Part shown: piece after piece, positions 1-13,300 of the stretch
Layout of the letters: each line of letters begins with the position of its first letter
Position numbering within the stretch: position 1 is the stretch's first letter
Origin: Raillietiella orientalis
Lineage: Eukaryota
Assembly: GCA_036172245.1 (NCBI GenBank)
Contig: JAYWIR010000066.1
Location: 186,001 to 250,000, forward strand
Direction: 5' to 3'
DNA: 64,000 bases
Translations under genes and position numbers: made by a program
The notes under the pieces: model-generated
Database searches by the model: none
What the model saw: the letters and a program-made list of their open reading frames with translations, nothing else
Told to the model about the DNA's origin: nothing

Positions 1-1366
1 GGGACGCACCTATCATTACGTTCCTTACGGCGAGAGCGAGGAAGGTCACGGAACCACGCTCCATGGCCGACCCCGGTCAGGCTGCACCAGCAGTAACGGT
101 CGAGGAAAAGGAGATGGCGGAGGGGGAAAGCACTTTTAGGAGGAGGAAGACCACCCACAGAGCATGCGCGGCCTGGACGGCTGCCAGCCCACCCCTTACT
201 CCCCTGCCAGTTCCGAAGACCTCAAAGCTTTCCTCCCTCGGGACGGAAGGAAAAGGCCGAAGGCGGATGTTTCCGAATAACCGGCCGCTGACGAAGAGGC
301 TCTGCAAACGGACGGGGGTGACCTTCGGAGGCAGGCGACGTTGTCGATTGTGGGGGCGTGCTCGTGGAACTGGATGGTCACTCATCCGGGTGTGCAAGTG
401 ACTGATGTCCCACCCTGGGCAGACCCGTTCGTTGGTTATGGATAGTGGTCGCCGTGCACGAATTTCCCGTCCTCTTCCGAGAAATTCTGTCAGCCGGAGA
501 GCGTCACCATGGGGGATGCTTCTGATCATCGACGCGTCCTGCGGCTCGAACCCGTCCGTTCTTGCTCAGAGCAAGGGAGTTGTACCCCCCACTCCTCCCC
601 CTCACCCCCAAAAGATAGACAACATAGGGTGAGTCCACTGCTACAGCATCCCGATGCTACTGAAGGGATCGATGGAGTGGGAATCACCCGGAAACCGGAT
701 TCTTTTTTCTTTTTTTTCTCGATCATTCCAGATCCCTTGGGCGGTTTTCTCGGTTTAGAGAAAGTTCTACTCCAAAAGAGCTCGCAGGGATCCGGAAGCG
801 GGATCAAACCGAGGAGGAGGAGGGGCCTCTGCTCCCGCTGTCTCGGCCGTCGTCTTTGGTAGCACCTGCACCCCTCACTGGAGCTCCCTCACCCCGGCGA
901 CACGACCCGCGCGTCCCGCAAGAATGTAGGCAGCAACAGGAGGAGGGAACGGCGACGATTTACGGCATCTCTGCCGGTCTCGTTCCGCTTCCTCTTCCCC
1001 GCACCCCCCTCCCCTTCCATCCTTCCGCCGTACCCCAGATGGCTCCGGGATCGTATATTCGTTTGGTAGCGTCCCTACATGTTTGGGAAATCGTCCGCCG
1101 CTTCTGCCTGGCAAGTGGGTCATTCAGAAGCCGACCAGGTTTTCATTAAAGAGGGCATTTTCAACCCTCTGGATACGCTTTCCTGGAAGAGAAGGGGGAG
1201 AATGGAGGAAGAAGAAGAAGAGGAAGGAAGGCAGAAAAGAGGAAGAAGAGAAGAGGAAGAGTAGAGGTGAAGGAAGAGGAGGTAAAAAGGAAGAGGAGGA
1301 GGATAGAGGCATCACAGGCGTCTCATCCATGCTATGCGAAGAGCAAGTTAAGTGGAGGAAACTCAC

Positions 1367-4300
1367 TGATGGTGCGGTCCACCAGATCCAGGAAGACCCC
1401 GACGATGTCCCCAACCTTCCACTGCTTCCCAAACCTCTGCGTGGTCCCAGCGTGTAGCTTTCTTTCCTGAAAGCAGATACAGAGAGCAGCTCTCCCGAGC
1501 CGATTCGAGCGCGAAGAGCGACTTCTAGCATGCACGCGCGCCGACCTCGTCTTGACCACCTGGTCGTCCCGCTTCAACCATCCACATCTCGTCTGCCTGC
1601 CCGTTGGACTCCCCCCTCCCCCTCACTCGGTCCCAGCAGCTAGCGTTGAAGATGATCATCCGAAGGATCAGAAGGGGAGGAGGTCGCCGCGCTCGAATTC
1701 GACAGGGATAAACTCACTCGCCTGGATACGGACGGAGCCGGAGAACTGGCGTCCTCAGGAACGCTCTTCAGCTCTCGGGAAGGTGGGTGGAGGGGAAGAA
1801 GCTGCTCACAAATGGAGCTCTTCTTGCCGTCGCAGCGCGCTTGCAGTGAGGCTCCAAGAGTAAGCAGCTCGCGAAAGGATGCGTGTCCAGCAGGAGCGAC
1901 CTCCGTGCCGACCGAGGTAGCAGCGAGCTTCCCAGACCAAACCTCCCAAGACCGAATGAAGCAACTCCAAGGTTCACAGGCGGGAAATCCATCCCTCCTT
2001 CCTGGGTCCACTGAGAGACCAACTGAAACTCCCGAACGCGCCCGCCAAGTGAATGTGTGGACCGAGTCAGACCCGCTAGCGACAGCAGCCTTCGCGTCCA
2101 GCGCCCCTCGCGCTCCGGCAAGCGCGATTCTTCCACCAAGCGTCACCGGCCACTTCGAGAAGGAGCTCCCCTCCACCATACCAGGGCTAGCCTGGGATTT
2201 TTGAGCTACTCACAGTGCTTCCGTCCAGGGCCCAGGAGTATTCATTCCTTCCTATCATGCTGACGGGAGCACTCTCCGCTCGCATCCATCCGATCTGTAT
2301 GCAGCCAGAAGTCAAAATTTCCACGCTGAAGTACCTGAAACACAGGACACGGGGGTCCTCTTAGTGTCGTTCACGTCATCCATTTCTACAGATGATCTCA
2401 AGAGACTCCCAACTCCTAACACGCACCTAATAAAAGCCCGGAGCGGCAGCCGGACACCACCCTGGGCTTCAAAGACCACGGATGCAGGGAGCGCCATCTA
2501 AAGCAGTAGGACAACGCGCCGTGCCGCAGAGAGTGGCGCAACACACGGACTGTGACGTAACACACCAGGCAGCATCTCGTCCCGAACTTTACATCTACGG
2601 CGGTTACGGTCTCGTTCGCTGTGTGCAGCCCCCCTGGCAGGGAGGACGTCGTCGAGCAGCGATGGCCGTCGGATCCGGATGTGCTCCTCCCACGAAACGA
2701 GGGCAAGCGACAGGAGCTGCCGGCATCGAACGCATGGCGCGGACTTCCCCCCGGCCCCTGCGATTTTCTGGCAGAGAGTGCCATCGGTTGCGCTGAGGAT
2801 GACGTCGTCCAGCGCGCAACGCAGGCGCGGCATCTGCTGCACGCGCCGCATGACGCACCCTGCCTGAGACGAAGCGCACTCAGTCGAGTCGCCGGGGGGC
2901 AGCAATGCTTTCCACAACCATGCCTGCGCAGCGGCATGGTTGCGGCAAGAGGGTTTGCCGCAGGGGTAGAAACCCCCTGGTGCGGGTTCGTGTCCCGAAG
3001 ACGCGCCCGTCCTCGTCTCAACGAGCAACATCCCCCGTCTCGGCCTCCTGTCACCGACCAGCCCTTTTCTAACAGCGACCAAGATCCAAGCAGAGATGGT
3101 TGCTGTACCAGATTTTTGACACTTTTCTCGCTGATCTCGCAAAGGCCGTGGAGCAGAAACGGTCTCTCAAAGCAAGAGAATAGTTGCTACATTGCGGCGG
3201 CTGACCAAAGAAAAAAAAATCATTAAAGCAAAACTCTCAGAATGTACCAATCTTCCGTACGAGACGGTTCCATGTGGGAAAAGAGCGCTACAACCTCTAG
3301 AGAAACTTCAAGAGGACAAGCGATGATGCAATGGGAAGCGCTGGCTCTATTGTGGCCAGCAAAGCCCATGGAAACAGCCTAACCCCAGGATCCTTGGAGA
3401 CTGCGGCCGCTGGGAGTGCCACGTTGGGGCTTGCCGGAAGTTGGGTCCGGGCTCTCCTGGGGGTGTGGATCCTGGGTTGGGGAAACGGTTAAGGGTGGTG
3501 GCGAGCTGTTTCGCTTGAGGATGAAGAGGAGCACCTATAAAAGCGAGGGAGCTCTGTACCCACCCGTAGTAACGGGTATGTTGAAGCTGGTCGGTCCCCC
3601 CTTGGCGGAGGCATCGCTCGCCGCAAAGCCAAGCGCACACGATCGCTGCGATCCGATTGGCTGAAAATTCCACTTGCGCACCTCTGCCGGGTAGGGGGGC
3701 CGCGCCTTTCGAGGGGTTCTCTCGTGCCTGTAGGCATCGCGTGTCACGGCGTCAGAGGAAGGCGATGAGGTGGCCGGAAGCTAGCATGAGGTCACCATGA
3801 GGAAGGTAGCAAAGCGGAGAATGATGAACACTCCTTCCACGGTCTTCGTGGGTCCGGTTTGAGGGGCACCAATCCGGACTCATGCTCCGGGCCGAAACCA
3901 GCTCCAAGGGATTGCCGAATTCCAGTCGGACCGGCTCCCCAGTAAACCAAAGGCACTCGAAGCACCACGTTCTCTCTAAGGGAGTCATAGGGAGGGGGCG
4001 GTGACGCCTCCGGATGCGAAGACCAGTAAGACTGCGTGAGGGTGTCCAGCTGGGACCAAGGGAGTGGGGAGCACCGGGCTGCCGGAACGAATGCGAGGTT
4101 CAGAGGGGAGCGGGAGATGGCGAGTCGAAAGCTCCGAGGGAGAACGTCGCCGGGATGGCTGCGATCCGGGGCGCGCGACACGCGATGACCGCATCCCCGC
4201 CGATCCGCGCGTGGAAGCGGAATGGTGACCCTTCACTCGCGCGGACCTGACGGCCTGCTCGCACCCCGCAAGAGCTGGTCCGTCCCACAGGACGCGGCTC

Positions 4301-7300
4301 CGAGAAGCCCACGAGCGCTCCAGCCGGAAGTGGCCGGCTGATGGGGAGGCAGATTAAGAAGCGGGGTAGGAGAGGATGCGCTTCTGGTTTATGAGGGAAC
4401 GAGGAGTACCCGTATGGATGTCCGAGGCGCGTGAGACTCCAACTCTCTCGGAGTGGAGGCGTCCTGCATTTCAATTGGATTCGATCTTGCAGTGGATCTC
4501 CCAGAATGGGGCTGCAGGGCGAGGAGCAGGCTGGATCTCCGTCTCCGCGATCCCAGGAGACTGTGCTCGGCTTCGATCTCGAAGGCTAGCCAGGAAGGAC
4601 TCCCCTCTGAGAGGAGGTTGCCTCTTCGCACAGTGTTACGTAAACGCGCTCCATCTTCAAACTTCTGATCCTAGCCTACTATTAATAAACCACCATCATC
4701 AACCACCATCGTCCTTCCAACACGGCAAAAACACAGCAGCCCTACTCATCCCCGCCCCATCACCATCAACTACCTTCTTCCTTACCACCTCCCCTACGAT
4801 CGCGCCGTTGCATTCCCCCATCCGACTGTGTAGCCCTCTTTTTCCCCACGCAGCATGAAACCCTCCGCAGTTAACCCATTTACCGCCATACGATCACAAT
4901 ACTTCCTCCTAAGCTCCCCAAGCCCTATTAGATGCACAGCCGAAAAGCAAGCACGTGTGACCTATTCTTCAACACCTTTTCTCCTCTCCCATCCTTCAGG
5001 ATACTCGACATCTCGTGTATCCCCCGTCCCAGGAGAATTGCTTCCTGAGAGAAGATCTCTGGAACTGATCCCATTATCAGCCGCCCTCATTTCATCTTCC
5101 TCAGTTTCACTTTTTGTCTTCCTTGCTATCCGTCTGAGCAAGGCGAAGCTGAGAATGCATCCTCCAAGAGAAAGAGCTCATGAGAATTTGTGATTCTCTG
5201 CAGAGTGGCTTTCTTGGATCACATGACCTTGGACGTGCTTTTTGTTTCTTTTTTCTTGTTGTTGTTGCTGCTGCTATTGTTCGCCCTTGCTGCCTTAGCT
5301 GAGCAGTGCTGACGGTCATCACGGTTTGCAGATTGGCGAGCGGGGCATTCTGCGCGAGATCGGCGAAGGAGCTTTCCAGGGCAGCGGTTTCATGCAAGAG
5401 ACGACGAACGGCTGCATCCGCGCAGCACCTACAGCATTCGGGATGAACCGGAATTTCATAGTCTTGATGAAACAATGGCTCCTCAGCACATGGTCCGAGT
5501 TCAGTGTGAGGGGTGTGGATTCGAGTGACCTGACCAATCGTCGACGAGGAATGCCCCGACACCTTAAAAGCTAAGGAATCGAAAGCGAAGCCTCCAGCTC
5601 CAGTCAGACTTGTGTATGCTCCACGCGACACGGCACGTAACCCCCTCAACCGAGACACGAACTTGAGGGAGGAAAAAAAAAAAAAAGATGGGAAATTCCC
5701 TTCTGGAACCTCTCCAGAAAACAGTGGGAGACCTTCGAAGTACGCCACCGACATCTTCCGGAAGGACGGTTCCACGCTCCCTGTTTTCCAGAATCATGAG
5801 GATGGTGGTATCCACTCCTGGGCATCGGAGCGAAAATTCTCAACACGCTTGCATGGGAGGTCCCAGACTTCGAGAAATCTCCGCCATTGCTCTGAAGCAT
5901 CAAGCAATGAGAGGTCCAGGTGTCTCCTCTAATACCAGAGAAGTCATGAATTTGGCAATAGGACCGGCGCAATCAGTGCGCAGCGGAAGGAAGAGCTGTT
6001 CTTCCCCTCAAAAGCGAAGTGTCCTTTCTGGACCACTCTCCAGCAGACAAAACCCTCCAATTTCTTGGCAACAAGCCATCTTCTTCTCGGAATACTGAGA
6101 ATGAACAGATGGGATGACAAACCTTCCAACTGGAAAGAAAGAATCTCGAGACGATGGGCTGCCCAAACTATGACGACCCACCTCTCGGAGACTCCGGCCG
6201 TTTGAATTGGGCTGGCTCGATGTGGGAATGACCGAGAAATCTCATGTTAAGATCACCCGCAGATGAGGATCGAGTGGGCTGACTTTGCTGAGCGTCCCCC
6301 CTTTGGCTAAAAGTGAGGCATCTACAGGAGAAGCGGCTTCGTATCGGCCAGCCTCAAGCCTGGCATTGAGTCGAAAGGTAAGGAAACTGAGGCACCGAAT
6401 TCAAGTTTCCCGCCGTGTATTTTTAGACTGCGTTGTTGGGTACCGTGCTGACGCGCACGCTGACGTCACGCCGCGAACCCCAACTTGAGGAGAGCCGAAT
6501 TCAAGTTTCCCGCCGTGTATTTTTAGACTGCGTTGTCGGGCTCCGTGCTGATTCCGCACGCTGACGTCACGCCGCGAAGCCGGACATGAGGCGGGCTGGT
6601 TTCAATTCGCTTGCCGTGTATTTTTAGACTGCATTGTTGGGTTCCGTGCTGACGCGCACGCTGACGTCACGCCGCGAACCCCAACTTGAGGAGAGCCGAA
6701 TTCAAGTTTCCCGCCGTGTATTTTTAGACTGCATTGTCGGGCTCCGTGCTGATTCCGCACGCTGACGTCACGCCGCGAAGCCGGACTCCAGACGGGCCGG
6801 TTTTACGCCGCTCCTACCGCATTAAAATCCCTCCACTTGTGTACCGAGTGTCAAACCCCTGAAGGGATTCGGTTTCGCCATCCTGAATTTCGGCGAACTC
6901 GGACCCGTTGTTTTCAAAGACCCCGATTGCTCTGTGGCGAATTCTCGAGTCACGAAACGGCTGCTTACCATTTCCCGGAGCAAACGGCGTACGTTTTCTC
7001 CGCCCGGTATGTCCGGAAGTCGTGTGGAGAGCCCTCCTGGACAGCTTCGAAGACAGCTGGAAGTTTCCGCGACCTCTCGGTTTCCCGCGAAACCCCCAGT
7101 GCTCACAGTTGTTTGCCGTTTCCCCTGGAGGCGCGTCGATGTTGTACCCATGAACCAGTATGGTCTTGACCACTTCCTCTGCAGAGTTTCTGAAACACCA
7201 GAGGAAAGTTTCCTGTTGAAAGATGCGCTCAGAATGCGAGAGGATGTGAGGGTGCTGTGTGATGGACTGTTTCGCGACCAGAGCCAGCTCCGGCTCCACT

Positions 7301-10300
7301 CGGTTTTTATTTTTAGTTGGCACCGCTCCCGTCATTGGATTTTTTTCAGCTGGGACAGAATCCTCAACGGAGCACCATCAGCGTAACAAAACCTGCTAAA
7401 CGGAATTCTGAGAAGAAACCATTCCCCTTGCCCTCTTTCCGCTTCCTTGATGGGGAGCGCAGTGATTTTTCGTCGCTGATTAGGTCAGTGTCAAGTTGCA
7501 CTATAGGATCCTGAGGAAATCTTCGGAGGAAACCAGCAGTCACTGGATGGTTCGCTTAGTCTTTCTCCCCTGTGCTCAGCCTTCACGACCAGTTGGCGCG
7601 CTGGGGGGCCTCCAGCCAATCAAGGGTCCTTACCAGGTCTTCTGGCTTCGACCTGACCAGGCATTGTTCACGAACTGGCGTGACGTAGATCAAGAGTTGG
7701 AGGCCCCGACGAATACATTTCAAAGTCGAAGCTGAAGTTGTATACGGTGTTCCAGGGCAAGGGGAGGGTGGTCAAGCTGGACGTCCCTTGACCCCGCGAG
7801 AATCCACCAACAGCGCCGAAAGAGGCAAGGCGTAAGAAGGATTTCTGCGAGTCGACCTTCCGCTCCGCCTCCAAAGAAGCACTCGTCATAGTCTCCCTGG
7901 GATTTCGAAATCGGAGAAAGGAGGTGCTGAGGGAGCCGAAAAGTCCCAGGAAGCTGGCCGAACACTTGGGATACGAGTGAAGGGAGGGGAGAAAGTGTCC
8001 GCAGAGGAGGAGGAGGAGGAAGAGAGGAAGGGAGAAGGAGGAAGAAGAGGCAGAGGAAAGGAGGTGGAATCATTTCTTAGGGGCCACTCTTTCGCTCCTC
8101 CGAATGAATAGGCAAGACGCCTCTGTCGCTCTGTCCGTTGCGCCTGGATGCCCCCCTTCCTCCTTCGCGAAAATCCACTCTGGAGGGGGGGGAGGGGAAC
8201 AGGAGAATGTCTCTTTGATTTCCTTCCGGCGTTTCGGTTTCGCACACTCCCTATGTACACAGATCTGGGAACAGTGGGAAGGGAATTTTCCTCTTCTTTT
8301 TTTTTTTGGCTCGCTAAGTAACCTCAAGAGCAGGTCGCGTGCCTCGCGGCTCACGTGGCTCTTTTTAAACATTAAACACACTGTTTTGTTTCCACGCCTC
8401 TCCGCCCGCGGCAACCCGCAGGGGGGCGTGTAACAGTATAATTCTTCAGGATAGGGGACACCCCGGGATGGAGGTCCGCCCTATGAATCCAGGAAAGGCT
8501 CGGAGTCCGTTCCTCTCACGCTTGGGGTGGGATCCCCCGGATGGGGGGGATCGCGCCTCCTACCCTGGTTGTCTCCGAAGGGGAACCCCGAAGGGAATCT
8601 CCTTCCTCATTCTCTCCGGAGGGACACCCCCCGTAATGGGGGGTGGTCCTCTCCATTTCAACTTCTCCGAAGGGAACCCGGAAAGGGATCCGCTTGTAGG
8701 AATTTCTTCTCCAGAGGGAACCCGCAAGGGAACCGCTCCTTTATTCACTCCTCTGAAGACAACCCCCGAAGGGATGCTTCCGAAACTTAGAAGGGGCGCT
8801 GCAGCTTCCCGCAGGGGGATCGCTCTCGCTTGCTTCCTTGCACTCTTCTGGAAAGGCGGCGACTCGGAGGGTCCCCCCCCAGCAGCAGGGGAGGTCCGCT
8901 CTTTTGAATAACTGGAGAGGTGGCCGTGAGGGCTCCTGCTCCATCTTGAAACTGGAGGGGTCCCCCGGTGGGGGGGGGGGGGCGCTCTCCGTTGTACGAC
9001 CGGAGGGGGAACTCTCCACTCCTTTATTCCTGGGAAGACCCGAAGGTCAATTTCCCGTCGTTCTGGCCTTCATCGGGGCCTCCGGCTTAATCCACCGCCG
9101 GTGCCACGCCCGAATGATTAGGCCAACCAGCGCCGTTGCAGGAGAAACTCGGAATCCGACGACGCAGTGGCGTCAGAGTTTCTGCCGAAGTATTCGAACC
9201 CGCGACGCATGGTGGCCCACGCGGAAACCTTAACCACAAGGCCTCCGACGTGGGCTCTCTTCTTCGCTCTGCAGCCGCTGAGCGCAGATTAAATGGAGCC
9301 ACTAACCTGTTGACCAGCTTGATCATATCGTCGACTTTCGAGTAGGGAACCAAGTGTGGGCTGCGCAACGTCAGGGAGTCCTGGAAAGGGGAGACCAAGA
9401 GGAATGAGACGCTAGTTTTCGAGTGCACCTTCAGATGGCATCCTCATCACGTCTCTTTTGACAGAAGGAGGGTAAGGTTCAGGAGGTCGCGCGCCAGAGT
9501 TCGCGATCGAGGTCGGCAGTCTGAGAGACGCCCTTGCATTCCGCGAAGGGCGGAAATGCAAAGTGGTTGAGCGAAGGGAAGCGAGGAGGGCTCCCGCCTT
9601 AAGGCGTGAGCATTCGATTCTCTTTCAGCGAGAGCTTCTGGCGCCACGTTCGCGGTCCACCGCCGATGATCGGCTCCCTGCGCACGCGCGCATGCCGGTT
9701 CCAGGGAGTCTGGGGTGGGAGGGTGTCCTCTTGCGGACGATCGCTTGAAAGCAGCGCTGCAGGGAGTGCTCTCGTCCTTGTGCGGGTCCTTCATCCTTCG
9801 AAACACGTCCGCGTCCAGTGCCATCTACCGGAAGCATGAGAAACGAGGCTCCCTCATCGGTCCCTGCGGTCTGGGTGCCTTCGCCTATGTGCGTTCTTCG
9901 ATGCATTTACCTCGGGAACTTCCGGAAACGAAAGGAACGTCTTGAGGCGGGATCCCTGACCTTCCCGGAGTTCCAAAGAACTCCGGGAAGGTGTATCGGA
10001 AAGAGGCCACGACGGGAGATCTGAATGCGTTCCGCGCGGCTCCCCGAAATTCTCGGAGTCCATTTCGGGGGAGGGGAACGCCTCTCCAGCGTCTAACCCG
10101 TCCGGAAGCAGGCTTGTGGATTCCCAAGAAAGTTCCCTGTCACTTGGCCGTTGTCATGGCCTCTCTGCCAGGCGCGCAGCCCTGATACGCGCTCGCGCGG
10201 GTGGGCGGACGGTTCTGCGGTGGAACGGGAGGCTGCCGTGGGGCTCGTTGCGACCATCCGGCTCGAAAGAACCCCGAATCCCGGATGCGTCCAGAACACC

Positions 10301-13300
10301 GCATCTCCGAATGTCACTTTTGGTCCCGTTCTCGCGCTCTGGATGGGCAACCCCTCGATGTCAACCAACTGCGTGGAACGCGATGGTACGTCACCATTTG
10401 CATGACCGGCGGGAAACCCCGAAGGGAATCAACGCCTCTGTTCCTAGAAGGAGCTCGGAGGGTCGATCCCCCACCAGTCGACGCGAGATATCCGGCTTCC
10501 ATCCGGTTTCCAAGGACAGATCAACCAGCGCCATCCTTCCGGGGGAATTCGAACCCACCTCTCAGCGCCCATGCTTCTCCGGGCGGGATTCGAGCCACGA
10601 CGCCTGGTGCCACGCGCGCGGCCTCCAACCCGTGCCCGGAAAGTGCATTCCCTGTGCTTCTTTCTCTCTTTTGGGAAAGAGAGATAGGAGCACGGCCATT
10701 CTATTTATAGCTCGAGAGCCGCTCGAAGGTGTCCCCCGTTTTCCCCTCCAGTGCTCCTGTTCCAGAAGGTAGGGAAGCTCCGGCTGATCCCTCGTCTCCC
10801 GCAAGGTTCCCGCCCTCGAGGACCGCCCGCCTCTCTCTCCTTGCGGAGTGGCGAAGCGAGCTGCCGACTTCAGCCAGGAGAGATCCTCCCAGCCCCCACC
10901 CCAGACTAGGGTCTGTCTGGAGGTCGTTGTCAACCGGACTCGGGTTTCCTTCCTCCCGTCAGCTGATCAGCTGATCCCTTCCTCTGGAGGGCTCACGGCT
11001 CGCGCCTCCGAGCGTTCGCGTGTGGCCGGTCGGAGTGCGGAAGCGTCCCCCCTTCGCATCCGGATGCTGCTTCTCTCTACAGACCGCCTCCCCTGACCAA
11101 GCTGCTGCCGATCCTTCCAGCCCGCCCACATAGGGGGAGAGGAGAGGAGGAGTGCGGAGGAGGCGCGCACACCTCCACTGCCACCACCTCGGGGCTCGCT
11201 GGCTCTCCTACCTCCGTTAGCCCGTACTTCCATCCCTGCTGGATGCGTTCCCTGGCCCAGATGTTGTGGGTGTTCTCGGCCAGGAGGTCGGACAGCTCCT
11301 CCAGGCGCGGTCCCAGGGTCACGGCGTTCAGGTCCAGGGGAGACGGCTTGAACCCGTTGGGCTGCAGGTAAAGGTCCCTGCTCAGGTGCAGGGTCTTGAT
11401 CCTTGCGGGGGCGGCCTCCAGCGTGATATGGTACCCCAACGCCAGGATGCTCCTGAAAAGGGCGCGCGTGCGCGTCAGGGGAACGCTCTCTCTTCCCGGA
11501 CGCCTCCCACTTGAGCGTCTGTGCGGCAGTCGCCAGGTAGTAGTGCTGCTGGGCGGTGGGCAGGCCGTCGAAGGGAACCAGGCAGGGATGCCTTCTCATG
11601 CAGTCGTCGCGCACCTCGTGGAAGGTCCACCCGTCCTCGATCTTCCGCGCCGCCCACATCTCGTGCACGTTGGTGGCGAGCTGGTCTCTGAGGGCCTCGA
11701 GGGACGCCGGGAGGCTGACCTGGTTGGGGGGAGAGTCGGGGGAGGGAGCGGACGCTTCCGACCCACGTCTTCCGTGTCGATAGGGCTGGGCACGAAGACG
11801 ACGTCCTCCACGACGACGGTGGATCCGCAGACCAGCCCCTTCTGCAGGTCACCGAACTGGAGGCACGGTTCCACGGTCAGCACCTGAGTCGGCAGCATGT
11901 TCTCGATGATGGGAGAGAAGCCCTCGGGAGGAGGGTGCCGCAGGCGCCCGTGATCCCCACCCAGGAGGAAGCGGTAGCTGCAAAAGGGGGAGGAGCTCCT
12001 CGTCCCGCTCCGTGGGAGGACTCCACCCCCCTCCCCCGCTCACCTGACCCTGGAGGAGGAGCTCACCACGGGGAAGAACATCCCTGCAGTGTTGAATTCC
12101 CGGAAGCTCCCTCGTATCATCTTCCCGTCCAGCGTGAAGGTGATCTCTGGAACGGTGAGGTCCAGATAGCAGCCGACGACGCTCCCCTGGCCGAGGGAAC
12201 CCCTATCCTTGCCGACCACGATCTTCTTCTGCCCTCCTGGCCGCCCGAAAGGGAATATCAGTCGGCCCTCTGTCGCCCCGGAGCCAAATTACCTGTCCAC
12301 AGGTACTTCCCGTCGAATCCGTAGGAGAACAGCTCGTCACCCACGGAGTTACGTCCCCACTTCTCTCCGCCCCCGCAAAACGACAGATACCCATTCGTGC
12401 TGGCCCAACCCACGCGCAGGTGAGGCGGTGAGGGACCCACTTGCTTCATGTCGTCCACGATGACCTCGAAGCACCACTTCGTGTAGAAGAAGCTCTCCTT
12501 GTTGCTGGCCACGAAGATGCTCGGCTGCACGCTAGAGAAGAAGGGAGAGGAACGCACGCCGCAGGAGAGCAGCGGGAGAAAGGGACGCCGAGCGCAGCCG
12601 CCTCCATGGCAGGACACGAAGCTCGACTCGCAGGCTTCCGAACTCGCAAAGACCATCAACTTCACACGGTCCTCATCGGTACGGAGGATCTTCCAAGAGT
12701 CTCCCTCCTCCCCATCTCCGTTGGCTGACTACGAGAGCGCTCGCCCATTGAAGCCGAAGATCTCTAAGCCGCCCGCGGCTTAGAGATCCCGGAAGGGGTC
12801 AAGAAAGATGCGGCACGAGTAGTTTTCCGAATGCTTCCCGGAACTTAGGCTCTGGCCGCAGAATTCACCAGAGCGGTGGACCCAGGAAGTGCAGAAGAAT
12901 TTACAAGGGAAGGCGGACAACCCCTTACCGATACCCTCCTCCCTTCACTCCGCTCTGGAGGATTCCGCAGGTCCAAACGTCCCGTGGACGCTACCTCCAC
13001 CAGTAGACGAGGCATCCTCGCGAGGGAAATGAGGACAGCGGTGATCCCCTTTCGAGGATCCACTGCGAGCCCTACCCCTGAGCGCGGTTTCCATCATTAC
13101 CATCAGCCTGGCGACGCAGAGGAAGCGAGTAATGTCCCATCCTCGGAGACTACCGTTCCGGAAGAGATTGACAAGGAGGACGTCTGGGGCTCGGCGTATG
13201 CGCAGCAAAAAAGTCAGCTGGGGGTCGCCACCAAGAGCGCCTACGGGGGATTTTCCGCAGTCCGGCAGGTCCGGCCCATCCATAGCTTGACGTTCCCAGC

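Noticed and set aside
606..659. 54-nt phase-compatible exon-like segment on minus (IASGCCSSGLTLCCLSFG)
   Set aside because: No resemblance to the expected next RyR segment (SFSLNGE...), and it would interrupt the SPRY2 fold.
3752..3988. [18 protein letters not shown] as a possible duplicate of the SPRY2 KWYFE exon
   Set aside because: Similarity is weak, and the true exons are at 6969-7056 and 2214-2334.
5326..5574. [11 protein letters not shown] resembling a kinase glycine loop
   Set aside because: No following VAxK, HRD or DFG motifs. Chance match.
6395..6800. CRISPR-like appearance of the 100-bp array (also 29701-29830)
   Set aside because: No unique spacers, no cas genes, eukaryotic intronic or intergenic context.
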